Shown piece after piece: positions 20,274 to 30,392 of a DNA stretch of 64,000 nucleotides. Position numbers and translations under genes: made by a program. How positions within the stretch are numbered: position 1 is the stretch's first letter; each line of letters starts with the position of its first letter. Source of the DNA: Spirochaetia bacterium. GTDB lineage: Bacteria > Spirochaetota > Spirochaetia > SZUA-6 > Bin103. The DNA is taken from the NCBI GenBank assembly GCA_965203515.1, contig OZ241907.1:3712001-3776000 (forward strand). The letters run 5' to 3'. The notes beneath the pieces are model-generated. The model was not told where the DNA came from. It did not search any database and saw only the letters and a list, made by a program, of their open reading frames with translations.

Positions 20274-22217
20274 GTGAGCGGCATGGAGGCGGACCGCGCC
20301 GCGGCGATCGATCCGGCCGACGTGGAGCCGGCGAACGTGGAGCCGGCCGACGTGGTCGTGCTCGGCGGCGGCCACGCCGGCATCGAGGCGGCCAGCGCCG
20401 CGGCGCGCATGGGCTGCTCGGTAGCGCTGGTCACCATGGACCGCGCGGCGATCGGCCGCCTGTCGTGCAACCCCGCGATCGGCGGCACCGCCAAGGCGCA
20501 CCTGGTCCACGAGGTCGACGCGCTGGGCGGCGTGATGGGCGAGCTGGCCGACCGCACCGGCATCCAGTTCCGCATCCTCAACCGCTCCAAAGGCCCGGCC
20601 GTCTGGGCGACGCGCTGCCAGTCGGACCGCGATTCGTATGCGCGCTGCGCGCGGCAGCACGTCGAGTCGCTCGACCGCATCCGCATCGTCACCGGCACGA
20701 TCGTCGCGGCCGACCGCGCCGCCGGCGGCGCCGTGTCGGCCGTGACGCTCGGCGACGGCCGGCGCATTCCCTGCCGGGCGCTGGTGATCGCCTCCGGCAC
20801 CTTCCTCGACGCGGTCATGTACACCGGCCTGGAGCCGACCGCAGGCGGTCGCGCCGGCGAGCCGGCGGCGGTCGGCCTGGGCGGGTGGCTGGCGCGCGCC
20901 GGCCTGGCGACCCACCGGCTCAAGACCGGCACGCCGCCGCGCCTGTACCGCGACTCGATCGACCTGTCGGCGTGCCGGGAGCAGGCGGGGGACGCCGATC
21001 CGCAGCCGTTCTCCGGGCGCACCGGCCGCGCCGCCTTTCCGGTCATGCCGCAGGTGAGCTGCTACATCACCCACACCACGGCCGCCACCCACGCCGTGCT
21101 GCGCACCGGCTTCGGCCGGTCGCCGATCTTCACCGGCGCGATCGCCGGCCGCGGCCCGCGGTACTGCCCGTCGATCGAGGACAAGCTGGTGCGCTTCGCG
21201 GACCGGGACCGGCATCAGCTCTTCATCGAGCCCGACGGCCTGCGCAGCGATCTGATCTATCTCAACGGGTTCTCGACCTCGCTGCCGCGCGAGGTGCAGG
21301 CGGCGGCGCTGGCCACCATTCCGGGGCTGGAGCGGGCGCGCGTGGCGCGGCCGGGCTATGCGGTCGAATACGTCAGCGTGCCGGCGTATCAGTTGGGACC
21401 GACGTTACAGACGCACGCCGTGCCCGGACTGTTCCTGGCCGGACAGGTGTGCGGCACCTCCGGGTACGAGGAGGCGGCGGCGCTGGGGCTGATGGCCGGC
21501 ATCAACGCGGCGTGCCGGGCGCAGGGCCGGCCGCCGTTCACGCTCGGTCGCAGCGAGGCGTATATCGGCGTGATGATCGACGACCTGACCACCCGCGAGT
21601 GGCGGGAGCCGTACCGCATGTTCACGTCGCGCGCCGAGCACCGGCTGGTATTGCGCCAGGACAACGCCGAGCGCCGCCTCGCGCACTACGGCCACCGGCT
21701 CGGGCTGGTCGGCGACGCCCACTACCGGCGCGTGGTCGCGCGCGCGGCCGCGGTGGAGGACGCTCTGCGCGCGCTCGAAGCCGTCCGCGCAGCCCCGCGC
21801 GCGGTAGGGGAGCTGCTGCGCGCTGCCGGCGCCGCGCCGCTCGCCGCGCCGGCGCCGCTCGCCGGCTTGGCCCGCCGTCCGGAGGTGCCGTTCCGGGACC
21901 TGCTGGCGGCCGCCGGCGCGGCCGGCGTACCGGCGCTCCGCGCGCTCCTCACCGACGCCCCGCTCCGCGCCCAGGTCGCTGCCGAGGTGCGCTACGCGGG
22001 CTACGTCCGGCGCGAACGGCAGCTCATCGAGCGGCAGGCCCGTCACGAGGCGGTGCGGATTCCGGAGGCGTTCGACTACGCGGCGGTGCGGGCGCTGTCG
22101 GCGGAGGCGGCCGAGACCCTCGCGCGCATCCGTCCGGTGAGCTTTGGCCAGGCGTCGCGCGTGGCCGGCGTCACCCCGGCCGATCTCAACGTGCTGCGGG
22201 TCGCGCTCCACCGCTGA
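20274..22217 (+). CDS. mnmG: tRNA uridine 5-carboxymethylaminomethyl modification enzyme (GidA)
   Basis: GGGHAGIEAA, SCNPAIGG, LKTGTPPR, GPRYCPSIEDK, GTSGYEEAA, EPYRMFTSRAE. Confidence 0.97.
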   Translation: MSGMEADRAAAIDPADVEPANVEPADVVVLGGGHAGIEAASAAARMGCSVALVTMDRAAIGRLSCNPAIGGTAKAHLVHEVDALGGVMGELADRTGIQFRILNRSKGPAVWATRCQSDRDSYARCARQHVESLDRIRIVTGTIVAADRAAGGAVSAVTLGDGRRIPCRALVIASGTFLDAVMYTGLEPTAGGRAGEPAAVGLGGWLARAGLATHRLKTGTPPRLYRDSIDLSACREQAGDADPQPFSGRTGRAAFPVMPQVSCYITHTTAATHAVLRTGFGRSPIFTGAIAGRGPRYCPSIEDKLVRFADRDRHQLFIEPDGLRSDLIYLNGFSTSLPREVQAAALATIPGLERARVARPGYAVEYVSVPAYQLGPTLQTHAVPGLFLAGQVCGTSGYEEAAALGLMAGINAACRAQGRPPFTLGRSEAYIGVMIDDLTTREWREPYRMFTSRAEHRLVLRQDNAERRLAHYGHRLGLVGDAHYRRVVARAAAVEDALRALEAVRAAPRAVGELLRAAGAAPLAAPAPLAGLARRPEVPFRDLLAAAGAAGVPALRALLTDAPLRAQVAAEVRYAGYVRRERQLIERQARHEAVRIPEAFDYAAVRALSAEAAETLARIRPVSFGQASRVAGVTPADLNVLRVALHR

Positions 22218-22230
22218 CACGCGCGTCATC

Positions 22231-22869
22231 GTGTCCCGCCGCGCACTGATCGGCCGCCGCGACCTGTCGCCGAGCGCCTACGTGCTGCGCATCGAGCGCG
22301 GGGCGCTGCGGTTCACGCCCGGGCAGTACGTCACCGTGGGCGCGGCCGGCGACGTCGAGACGCGGGAATACTCGATCTACTCCGGCGCCCGCGACCCCTA
22401 CCTGGAGGTGTTGATCAAGGAGGTTGCGGACGGCTCGGTCTCCCGTCGGCTGCGGCGCCTGCCGGCCGGCAGCCCGCTGGCCGTGGACGGACCGTTCGGC
22501 TACTTCACCATCGCCGGCGAAGCCGCGCGCGGGCCGCTGCTGTTCGTGGCATCGGGGACCGGCATCGCCCCGTTCCATGCGATGGTGCGCAGCGATCCCG
22601 GGCTCGACTATCTGCTGCTGCACGGCGTGCGCACGCTCGACGACTGCTACGAGTCGGCGGCCTTTCCGCCCGACCGGTACGTCCCGTGCGTGAGCCGCGG
22701 GACCGGCGGATTCCAGGGCCGCGTGACCGACTACCTGCGCCGGCATCCGGTCGCCGCGTCCACGCCGTGCTTTCTGTGCGGCAACAGCGCGATGATCTTC
22801 GCCGCCTTCGATCTTCTCAAGCGGCAGGGCGTACCGAGCGAAAATCTGTTCGCGGAGGTCTATTTCTAG
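22231..22869 (+). CDS. Ferredoxin/flavodoxin-NADP+ reductase family protein
   Basis: FTPGQY, REYSIYS, GPFGYF, SGTGIAPF, FLCGN, C-terminal EVYF; GTG start approximate. Confidence 0.88.
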   Translation: MSRRALIGRRDLSPSAYVLRIERGALRFTPGQYVTVGAAGDVETREYSIYSGARDPYLEVLIKEVADGSVSRRLRRLPAGSPLAVDGPFGYFTIAGEAARGPLLFVASGTGIAPFHAMVRSDPGLDYLLLHGVRTLDDCYESAAFPPDRYVPCVSRGTGGFQGRVTDYLRRHPVAASTPCFLCGNSAMIFAAFDLLKRQGVPSENLFAEVYF

Positions 22870-22961
22870 CCCCGGCACGGGCCGGCACGGGGAGGTCGAA
22901 GACCCGGCAGGTCGTTTCAGCGGTTGTCGAATGGCGGGAGCAGATATTATGCTCCTTTGCC

Positions 22962-24296
22962 ATGACGTACCATCTGGTGTCGTTCGGCTGCCAGATGAAC
23001 CTGTCCGACACCGAACGGATCGCCGCGGTGCTGGACGCCGCGGGGTTCAGGAGGACCGAGCGGGAGGAACAGGCGGATCTGATCGGCGCGATCGCCTGCT
23101 CGGTGCGTCAGCGGGCGATCGACCGGGTCGACGCTCGCATCGAGCGCTGGAACGCCTGGAAGGCGCAGCGGCCGTTGCTCACGTTCGTCTCCGGATGCGT
23201 GCTGCCGCACGACGAGCGGCGGCTGGCCGGCAAGTTCGACTTCCTGGTGCGCACCGCCGACGTGCCGTCGCTGCCCGACCTGATCCGCCAGGACGGGGTG
23301 ATGACGGCCGCCTCGGGCGGCGGTTTTCTGGGCACCGACGACGCCTTCTGGAAGATCACCCCGCGCTACTCCTCGCCGTACGCGGCGTTCGTGCCGATCC
23401 AGAACGGCTGCGACAAGTTCTGCACCTTCTGCGCAGTGCCCTACACCCGCGGGCGGGAGGTGTCGCGGCCGTCGTCCGACATCGTGGACGAGGTGGGGCG
23501 TCTGGTCGGCCGCGGCTACCGTTCGATCACGCTGCTCGGCCAGAACGTCAACTCCTACGGCACCGACGCGTCGGGCGAGTGCAGCTTCGCCGAGCTGCTC
23601 GACCGGGTAGCCGGCGTCTGCGAGAAGGCCGGCCGCACGATCTGGGTCTACTACACCTCCCCGCATCCGCAGGACATGTCCGCCGAGGTGCTGCGGGTGA
23701 TGGCCGCCCACCCCTCGCTGGCCAAGCAGGTGCACCTGCCGCTGCAGTCCGGGGACGACAAGGTCCTGATCCGCATGAACCGCAATTACCGGCTCGACCG
23801 CTACCGCCGTATCGTCGAGCAGATACGGCAGCTCCTGCCGCAGGCGACGCTGTCCACCGACGTCATCGTCGGCTTCACGGGCGAGACCGACGAGCAGTTC
23901 GAGCAGACCCGCCGGGCCATGCGGGAGTTCCGGTTCAACATGGCCTACGTCGCCGCCTACTCGCCGCGTCCGGGAGCCGCCAGCTCGCGGTGGGCGGACG
24001 ACGTGCCGGCCGCGGTGAAGAAGGAGCGGGTGCGGATCCTGTCGGAGGAGCTGCAGCGTTCGGCCGGCGCGCACAACGCCGCCCTGGTCGGCGCCACCCA
24101 GCCGGTGCTGGTGGAAGGGCCGGCACGCCGCGCCGGCCATCTGACCGGACGGACCGAGGGCCGGGTGATCGTGCGGTTCCCGGAGCGGGCCGACCTGCTG
24201 CCGGGTCACGTCGTGCCGGTGCGCATCACGCGCGCGGCGCCGCTCTCCGTGGAGGGGGAGCCGGTCGCCGCGCCCGCCATGGAGCTGGCGTCGTGA
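22962..24296 (+). CDS. miaB: tRNA-i6A37 methylthiotransferase
   Basis: FGCQMN, CSVR, GCDKFCTFCAVPYTRGRE, LLGQNVNSY, TSPHP, C-terminal TRAM domain. Confidence 0.93.
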   Translation: MTYHLVSFGCQMNLSDTERIAAVLDAAGFRRTEREEQADLIGAIACSVRQRAIDRVDARIERWNAWKAQRPLLTFVSGCVLPHDERRLAGKFDFLVRTADVPSLPDLIRQDGVMTAASGGGFLGTDDAFWKITPRYSSPYAAFVPIQNGCDKFCTFCAVPYTRGREVSRPSSDIVDEVGRLVGRGYRSITLLGQNVNSYGTDASGECSFAELLDRVAGVCEKAGRTIWVYYTSPHPQDMSAEVLRVMAAHPSLAKQVHLPLQSGDDKVLIRMNRNYRLDRYRRIVEQIRQLLPQATLSTDVIVGFTGETDEQFEQTRRAMREFRFNMAYVAAYSPRPGAASSRWADDVPAAVKKERVRILSEELQRSAGAHNAALVGATQPVLVEGPARRAGHLTGRTEGRVIVRFPERADLLPGHVVPVRITRAAPLSVEGEPVAAPAMELAS

Positions 24297-25618
24297 TCGC
24301 GGCCGCCAGGACCGTCGTCGGCATCGGCGACATCGCCCTGTACCTGCCGTCGCTGGAAATCGACATGAGCGCGCTGATCCGCCGCCGCATCCGGGAAAAT
24401 CCGCTGCTCCGCATGGCGCTCAAGCGCGCCTTCGAGTACACGCAGCAGAAGAAGGTGCGCTTCCCGGCGTGGTGGGAGGACTGCGCGACGATGGCCGCGC
24501 AGGCCGCCCTGCGGCTGCTGACGCGGGGCACGCTGTCGCTGGCCGACCTGCGCTATCTGGCGGTCGGCACGGAGACGACCGTCGACCACAGCAAGCCGGT
24601 CTCCGCCTACGTCGAGGGGATGCTGCAGGATGCCGGCTGCCCGGTGCCGGAGGGCATCTCCACCTTTCAGATCCAGCACGCCTGCGCGGGCGGCATGATT
24701 TCGCTGCTGGCCGTGCTGGCGCTGCTGGCCGTCACCAATCGCCCGGCCGAGAGCGGCGTGGTGGTCTGCTCGGACATCGCCCGCTACGACGCGGCATCGA
24801 CCGCGGAGCTCACCCAGGGCGCGGGCGCGGTAGCCATGAGCGCCTGCGTCGACCCGCCGCTGCTGGAGATCGACGTGGCGACCGCCGGCTACTCGTCGAG
24901 CGACGTCGACGATTTCTTCCGGCCGCTCGGCTCCGACACCGCCCGCGTGAAGGGGGGCTACTCGCTGCGCTGCTACAAGCAGGCGGTCAATCAGGCGCTG
25001 CTCGACCACTGCCGGCGCGCCGGCCGGGAACCGGGCGAGGTGCTGGCCGGCACCGACGCGTTCGCGCTGCACAGCCCGTTCATGACGCTGCCGGTAGAGG
25101 CGATGAGCGAGTTGGTCACCCGCCACCTGGGGCTCGACGATGCCGCCAGCCGGGCGTTCCTGGCCAAGCGCGATCTGGACGCGGCCGTCGAACCGGTGGC
25201 GTTGATCGGCAACATCTACTCCGGCGCGCTGTTCCTGGCGCTCGCCTCGGTGCTCTATCGGCGCTACCGGCGGCTGGGCGACGACATCGTCGGCCGGCAG
25301 GTGCTGCTGTTCTCCTACGGTTCGGGCAATACCGCGGTGGTGGTCGCGGGCAGGGTGGCGGCCGGGGCTCCGGACGTGATCCGGTCCTGGGCGCTGGACG
25401 AGGTGCTCGACCACACGGTGCCGGCGACGTTCGGCCAGTACGACCGGTGGATCGGCAGCCGCGACGGGGCGCTGGCGCCGCCGGCCGCTGGAGCGGAGCC
25501 GGCCGCCGGAGCGGTGTCGGCCGCCGGAGCGGTGCCGGCCGATCGGTTCTACCTGCGCGGCATCCGCGAGGACGGCTACCGCCTGTACGACTACCAGAGA
25601 GAGCCGCGCTCGCCGTAG
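24293..25618 (+). CDS. mvaS: Hydroxymethylglutaryl-CoA synthase
   Basis: GTETTVDHSKP, QHACAGG (catalytic Cys), SDIARY, TQGAGAVA, HSPF, GNIYSG, FSYGSG; GTGA overlap with miaB. Confidence 0.92.
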   Translation: MIAAARTVVGIGDIALYLPSLEIDMSALIRRRIRENPLLRMALKRAFEYTQQKKVRFPAWWEDCATMAAQAALRLLTRGTLSLADLRYLAVGTETTVDHSKPVSAYVEGMLQDAGCPVPEGISTFQIQHACAGGMISLLAVLALLAVTNRPAESGVVVCSDIARYDAASTAELTQGAGAVAMSACVDPPLLEIDVATAGYSSSDVDDFFRPLGSDTARVKGGYSLRCYKQAVNQALLDHCRRAGREPGEVLAGTDAFALHSPFMTLPVEAMSELVTRHLGLDDAASRAFLAKRDLDAAVEPVALIGNIYSGALFLALASVLYRRYRRLGDDIVGRQVLLFSYGSGNTAVVVAGRVAAGAPDVIRSWALDEVLDHTVPATFGQYDRWIGSRDGALAPPAAGAEPAAGAVSAAGAVPADRFYLRGIREDGYRLYDYQREPRSP

Positions 25619-25632
25619 CGCCCCCAGGCGTC

Positions 25633-26904
25633 GTGACCCTGCCCGAACGCTTTCGCTACGCGGCGGTCGCGGAGCGGCGCGGCATGCTGCGGGCCGCCGC
25701 CGCCGCCGCCGGCCATCCGCTCGGCGACGCCGAGTGCGCGGCTGTGGGCCAACCGGCGGAGGCGCAGGAGCTGGCCGACCTGATGGTGGAGTCGGCGGTC
25801 GGCGTGCTGGCCGTGCCGGTGGGGATAGCCGCCGGCTTTCTGATCGACGGACAGGACATCGCCGTGCCGATGGCGACCGAGGAGCCGTCGGTGATCGCTG
25901 CCGCCACGCACGCCGCGCGGCTGGTACGCGGTGGCGGCGGGTTCACCACCGGCGGCGGGCTGCCGCTGGCGACCGTGCAGGTCTTCATCGACGGCGCCGA
26001 CGGCGCCGCCGGGCGCGTGACGGCCGCCGAACCGGGCATTCGCGAACGGGTCGACGCGGCGGTGCCGACCCTGGCGGCGCGCGGCGGCGGCTACCGGGGC
26101 CTGCGCGTGCTGCCGCTGCCGGCGCTCGGGATGCTCAAGGTCGAGGTCGACCTGGACGCCCGCGACGCGATGGGCGCCAACAAGGTCAACACCGCCGGGG
26201 AGGCGCTCCGGCCGCTGCTGGAACGGGTCAGCGGCGGCGGCGTGCTGATGTCGATCGTCACCAACGCGTCGCGGCACAACCTCTGCACGGCCCGCTTCTC
26301 CTGCCCGGAAGGCCGGCTGGCGCGCGCCGGGCGCGGCGGGGCGGACATGGCCGAACGGATCGTACGGGCGAACGCGGTCGCGGCCGAGGACCCCGACCGC
26401 GCGGTCACCCACAACAAGGGGATCATGAACGGCATCGCCGCGGTGGCGCTGGCGACCGGCAACGACACGCGCGCGGTCGAGGCGGCGGCCCATCTGCACG
26501 CCGGCCGGTCGGGGAGGTACGGACCGCTGTCGGCCTACCGCCGAGCGGACGGACGGCTGGCCGGCGAGCTGGCGGTGCCGATCCCGCTCGGCGCGGTCGG
26601 CGGTGCGGTGAGCATCCATCCCGGCGCCCGTTTCGGCCTGCAGGTGCTGGGCGCGCCCGGGGCGCGGGCGCTCGCCCGCATCGCCTGCGCGGTGGGGCTT
26701 GCCCAGAATCTGGCGGCGCTCATGGCGCTGGTGGGAGAGGGCATCCAGCGCGGCCACCTGCGTCTGCACGCGCGCCGGCTGGCCTTTCAGGCCGGCGCGC
26801 GCGGCGCGGAGGTCGAGCGGGTCGCCGCGCGCATCGCCGCCGGTCGGGTCGACGCCGCAGCCGCCGCGGCTGCGTTGGACGATCTGCGCCGACCCGGACG
26901 GTGA
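25633..26904 (+). CDS. mvaA: HMG-CoA reductase, class II
   Basis: VPMATEEPSVIAA, DAMGAN, RAVTHNKGIMNG, GNDTRAVEA, EGIQRGHLRLHAR; start approximate. Confidence 0.93.
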   Translation: MTLPERFRYAAVAERRGMLRAAAAAAGHPLGDAECAAVGQPAEAQELADLMVESAVGVLAVPVGIAAGFLIDGQDIAVPMATEEPSVIAAATHAARLVRGGGGFTTGGGLPLATVQVFIDGADGAAGRVTAAEPGIRERVDAAVPTLAARGGGYRGLRVLPLPALGMLKVEVDLDARDAMGANKVNTAGEALRPLLERVSGGGVLMSIVTNASRHNLCTARFSCPEGRLARAGRGGADMAERIVRANAVAAEDPDRAVTHNKGIMNGIAAVALATGNDTRAVEAAAHLHAGRSGRYGPLSAYRRADGRLAGELAVPIPLGAVGGAVSIHPGARFGLQVLGAPGARALARIACAVGLAQNLAALMALVGEGIQRGHLRLHARRLAFQAGARGAEVERVAARIAAGRVDAAAAAAALDDLRRPGR

Positions 26905-27866
26905 ACGCCGCAGGCGCGGCGGGCGCGACCGCGGCAGCGCACCCGAACCTGGCGCTGGTCAAGTACTGGGGCAAGGCGGATGCGGTGCGCAACCTGCCGG
27001 CCACGCCCAGCCTGGGCGTCTCGCTCGACGCGTTGCGCAGCCGCGTCGCGGTGTGGCTCGACGCCGGCGATTCCATCGAGTTGGACGGTCGCCCCGTCGC
27101 TCCGGCGCGGTACCGGCCGTTCCTGGACGCGGTGCGCCGGCGGTGCGGGACACGGAGCGGCTTTCGCATCCGTGCGCGCAACGACTTTCCGAGCGCGGCC
27201 GGCTTGGCCAGCTCCTCGTCCGGGTTCGCGGCGATGGCTGCGGCGTGCGCTGCGGCCTGCGGGGCTCACCTCGGCGATGCCGAGCTTTCCGCCCTGGCGC
27301 GCGTGGGATCGGCGTCGGCGGCGCGCGCCGTGTTCGGCGGCTTCGCGGTGCTGCCGGCGAGGGCCGAACACGCGCAGCCGCTGGCGCCGGCGGCTGCGTG
27401 GCCGGAGCTGCGGGTCGTCATCGCCGTGGTTACCGACGCGGCCAAGCCGATCGGCTCGCGCGAGGCGATGGAGCGCGTACGGCGGACCTCTCCCGCGTAC
27501 GATGGATGGGTGCGCGACAGCCCGCGGCTCTACCGGGAGGCGGTCGCCGCGGTGCGCGAACACGACTTGGCGCGGCTCGGCGGCGCGATGCGGAAGAGCT
27601 ATTGCCGCATGTTCGCGACCATGCTGGCGGCCGATCCGCCGATCCGCTACTGGCTGCCGGAGACGCTGGCGCTGCTGGCGGCGGTGGAGGAGCTGCGCGC
27701 GCGCGGCGTGGCCGCCTGGGAGACGATGGACGCCGGGCCGCAGGTCAAGGTGCTGTGCGCCGACGGCGACGCCGGGCGGGTTGCCGCAGCGCTGGCGGCG
27801 GCCTGTCCGGGGGCGCAGCCGCCGGTGGTGTCGGCGATCGGGGCGGGGGTGCGCGTTGGCCGCTGA
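26901..27866 (+). CDS. mvaD: Diphosphomevalonate decarboxylase
   Basis: NLALVKYWGK, FPSAAGLASSSSGFAA, TMDAGPQVK. Confidence 0.93.
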   Translation: MNAAGAAGATAAAHPNLALVKYWGKADAVRNLPATPSLGVSLDALRSRVAVWLDAGDSIELDGRPVAPARYRPFLDAVRRRCGTRSGFRIRARNDFPSAAGLASSSSGFAAMAAACAAACGAHLGDAELSALARVGSASAARAVFGGFAVLPARAEHAQPLAPAAAWPELRVVIAVVTDAAKPIGSREAMERVRRTSPAYDGWVRDSPRLYREAVAAVREHDLARLGGAMRKSYCRMFATMLAADPPIRYWLPETLALLAAVEELRARGVAAWETMDAGPQVKVLCADGDAGRVAAALAAACPGAQPPVVSAIGAGVRVGR

Positions 27867-28845
27867 TCCGGCGGCGGCTGATCCGGCGGCGTACAGCGCT
27901 CCCGGCAGCGTGCTGCTGCTCGGCGAGTACGCGGTGCTGTGGCCCGGCGGTCTGGGGGTGGCGGCCTCGGTCGGGCCGCGCGCGCGGGTGCTCGTGCGTG
28001 CCGGCGGGGATGCCCTGCGCATCGAAGGAACCGACGGCATCGACCGGTTCGCGTGGCCGTCGCGCGCGGGCGGCCTGCTGGAGGCGGTGATCCGTGCGTG
28101 CGGGCGGACGCTCGGCCGGGCGCCCGGTCCGGCGCTGGTGACGGTCGACTCCAGTGCGCTGACCGGCGGCGGCCGCACGCCGGGCCTCGGTTCCAGCGCC
28201 GCGGTGGCCGCGGCGCTCACCTGCGCGCTGCTCGCCGGGCCGTGCGGCGCGCCGCCGCTCGATACCGTGTTCCGAACGGCGTTGCGCGCGCACCGCGCGG
28301 CGCAGGGAGGCCGCGGCAGCGGCTACGACGTGGCCGCGTCGACCTACGGCGGCGCGGGTCTGTTCCACGGCGGCGAGGAGCCGCGCTTCGAGCGTCTGCC
28401 GGCCGCTGCGACGGTGCCGGCCGACCTGTTCCTGATCTTCGGCGATCGGCCGCTGGCGACGCCGCCGGCGATTGCGCGCTATCTGGCGTGGGCTCGGGAG
28501 CGGCCGGCCGACTGCAGTCGCCATCGCCGAGTCTCCGACGCGATCGTTCGGCACGCGCTGCGGACCGGCGGGTGGGCCGAAGCGGTGCGCGCGGGCCGGC
28601 GCGTGACGCGCTGGCTGGGTGAGGCGATCGGCGTCCCGGTCGAGCCGGCCGAGCTGCGCGATCGGCTCGATCGCGCGGCCGCAGCCGGCCATGCCGGCAA
28701 GCCGGTCGGCGCCGGCGGGGAGCTGGCGCTCTGCGTGCCGGTGCCAGGCGTGGCGGCGGTGCCAGGAATGGCGGCGCCGGCGGTCCCGGGGGCGCGCCGG
28801 CTCTCCGTCAGCGCGGCCGGGGTGACCCGCGAGATCGCGCCGTGA
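27856..28845 (+). CDS. mvaK2: Phosphomevalonate kinase (GHMP kinase)
   Basis: APGSVLLLGEYAVL, GLGSSAA, AHRAAQGGRGSGYDVAAS; TTG start approximate. Confidence 0.8.
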   Translation: MAADPAAADPAAYSAPGSVLLLGEYAVLWPGGLGVAASVGPRARVLVRAGGDALRIEGTDGIDRFAWPSRAGGLLEAVIRACGRTLGRAPGPALVTVDSSALTGGGRTPGLGSSAAVAAALTCALLAGPCGAPPLDTVFRTALRAHRAAQGGRGSGYDVAASTYGGAGLFHGGEEPRFERLPAAATVPADLFLIFGDRPLATPPAIARYLAWARERPADCSRHRRVSDAIVRHALRTGGWAEAVRAGRRVTRWLGEAIGVPVEPAELRDRLDRAAAAGHAGKPVGAGGELALCVPVPGVAAVPGMAAPAVPGARRLSVSAAGVTREIAP

Positions 28846-29864
28846 TCGGCGCGGCCGGCGGCAAGCTGCTGCTGTTCGGCGAGCATGCCGCGGTGTACGG
28901 CCGGCCGGCGGTCGGCGTGGGCCTGCCGTGGCGGCTGCGGCTGCGGTTCGCGGCGGCGCGCGCCGGCGACGAGTCGGCCGACTCGTCGGGCGACCAGTCG
29001 CCGGCCGCGGCTGAACGGCTGCGCGACGCGTGCCGCCGTATCGGCGCCGGTGCCGGCGCACCGCCGGCCGGCGCGCTGGAGGTGCGCTCGGAGATTCCCC
29101 TCGGGGTGGGATTCGGCTCTTCGGCGGCGCTCTGCGTGGCCTTGGCGCGCGCGGCGGCCCGGCCGCGCGCCGCCGGCGGCCGGGCCGCCGCGCGCGGTGG
29201 ACGGTCGCTGTGGGGCGTCGCGCACCGCGCGGAGCACGCCTTTCACGGATCGCCGTCGGGCATCGACACCGGTTTGGCGCTGCTCGGCGGCGTGCAGCGA
29301 TTCACGCCGCCGGCGCCGGGACGGCTGCCCGCCGCGCACGCGATCGCCGTGCCGGGGCTCTACCTGATCGCGGGATTCGTGCCGCGGCGCGGCGACACCG
29401 CCGCCCACGTGGCGGCGGTGCGGCGGCGGATGCGGGCGGGCGACGATGCGGTGCGATCGGCGATCGACCGATTGGGCGCGATCGTGGCGCCGGCGTGCGA
29501 GCTGCTGGCCGCATCCGCCGCCGATCGGGCGGTCCGCCTGGGCGCGCTGGCCGACGAAGCGGACGAGCTGCTGGCCGGCCTCGGCGTCGGCTCGCCGGCG
29601 GTGGCCGGGGTCCTGGCCGCGGCCCGAGCCGCCGGCGCCACCGGCGGCAAGATCAGCGGCGGCGGGGGCGGCGGCGCCTTCGTGGCCTTCGTCCCGGACC
29701 GCGGCGCCGGCCTGGCGGCGCTGGATGCGGTCGGGGAATCCCTGCCGGTTGGAGCCGGCGCCGGCGCGGCGCTGCTCGCGGTGGGACCGGCCGGCGTCAC
29801 GGTGCTGGCGGACCGCTGCTGGCCGGCGCCGGTCGCGCGGCGGATCGCTCTTGCCGCGGCCTGA
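28842..29864 (+). CDS. mvaK1: Mevalonate kinase
   Basis: GKLLLFGEHAAVYG, IPLGVGFGSSAA, HGSPSGID, KISGGGGGG. Confidence 0.88.
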   Translation: MIGAAGGKLLLFGEHAAVYGRPAVGVGLPWRLRLRFAAARAGDESADSSGDQSPAAAERLRDACRRIGAGAGAPPAGALEVRSEIPLGVGFGSSAALCVALARAAARPRAAGGRAAARGGRSLWGVAHRAEHAFHGSPSGIDTGLALLGGVQRFTPPAPGRLPAAHAIAVPGLYLIAGFVPRRGDTAAHVAAVRRRMRAGDDAVRSAIDRLGAIVAPACELLAASAADRAVRLGALADEADELLAGLGVGSPAVAGVLAAARAAGATGGKISGGGGGGAFVAFVPDRGAGLAALDAVGESLPVGAGAGAALLAVGPAGVTVLADRCWPAPVARRIALAAA

Positions 29865-29961
29865 GGTCACCGCCTGCGGCCGGCGTCCTTGACGCCGGGG
29901 GCGGGCGTCCGCTAGCCTGCAGCGAATGCCACGCGGCGGGGGCGGACCTCACAATGCCGGC

Positions 29962-30363
29962 ATGGTGCTGCTACGCCTCGGCGTCGGCGTGGTGTTTCTG
30001 TGGTTCGGCGTCGCCCAGCTCCGCGACCCCGATTTCGGGGCGGCCTACCTGCCCGAGCTGGTCTACACGATCGGCGACGCCATCGGCGTGGTCGACTTCG
30101 ACCGGCTCTTCACGGTGATCCACGGCGGGATCGAGGTGGCGCTCGCCAGCGCGCTGATCGTGGGCCTGTTCACGCGGGCGGCGGCGCTGCTGCTGGCCGC
30201 GCAACTGGCCGTGATCGTCGTAACCGTCTATCTGCTCGCCGGCCCGGCGATCGCGGTGCGCGACTTCGGGGTGCTGATCGCCACGCTGGTGGTGGCCATC
30301 AACGGTCCCGACCGCATGGCGGCCGACGGCTGGGGCGCCGGCAGGGGCCGCAGCCGCTCCTGA
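29962..30363 (+). CDS. DoxX family membrane protein
   Basis: LLRLGVGVVFLWFG, E...LIVGLFTRAAA, VRDFGVL. Confidence 0.8.
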   Translation: MVLLRLGVGVVFLWFGVAQLRDPDFGAAYLPELVYTIGDAIGVVDFDRLFTVIHGGIEVALASALIVGLFTRAAALLLAAQLAVIVVTVYLLAGPAIAVRDFGVLIATLVVAINGPDRMAADGWGAGRGRSRS

Positions 30364-30392
30364 TCGCCGGCACCGGCGTCACGGCGCCGGCG

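Noticed and set aside
30366..30391. GC hairpin between the convergent DoxX and PD40 genes
   Set aside because: Imperfect stem without a U-tract; such stems arise by chance at this GC content.
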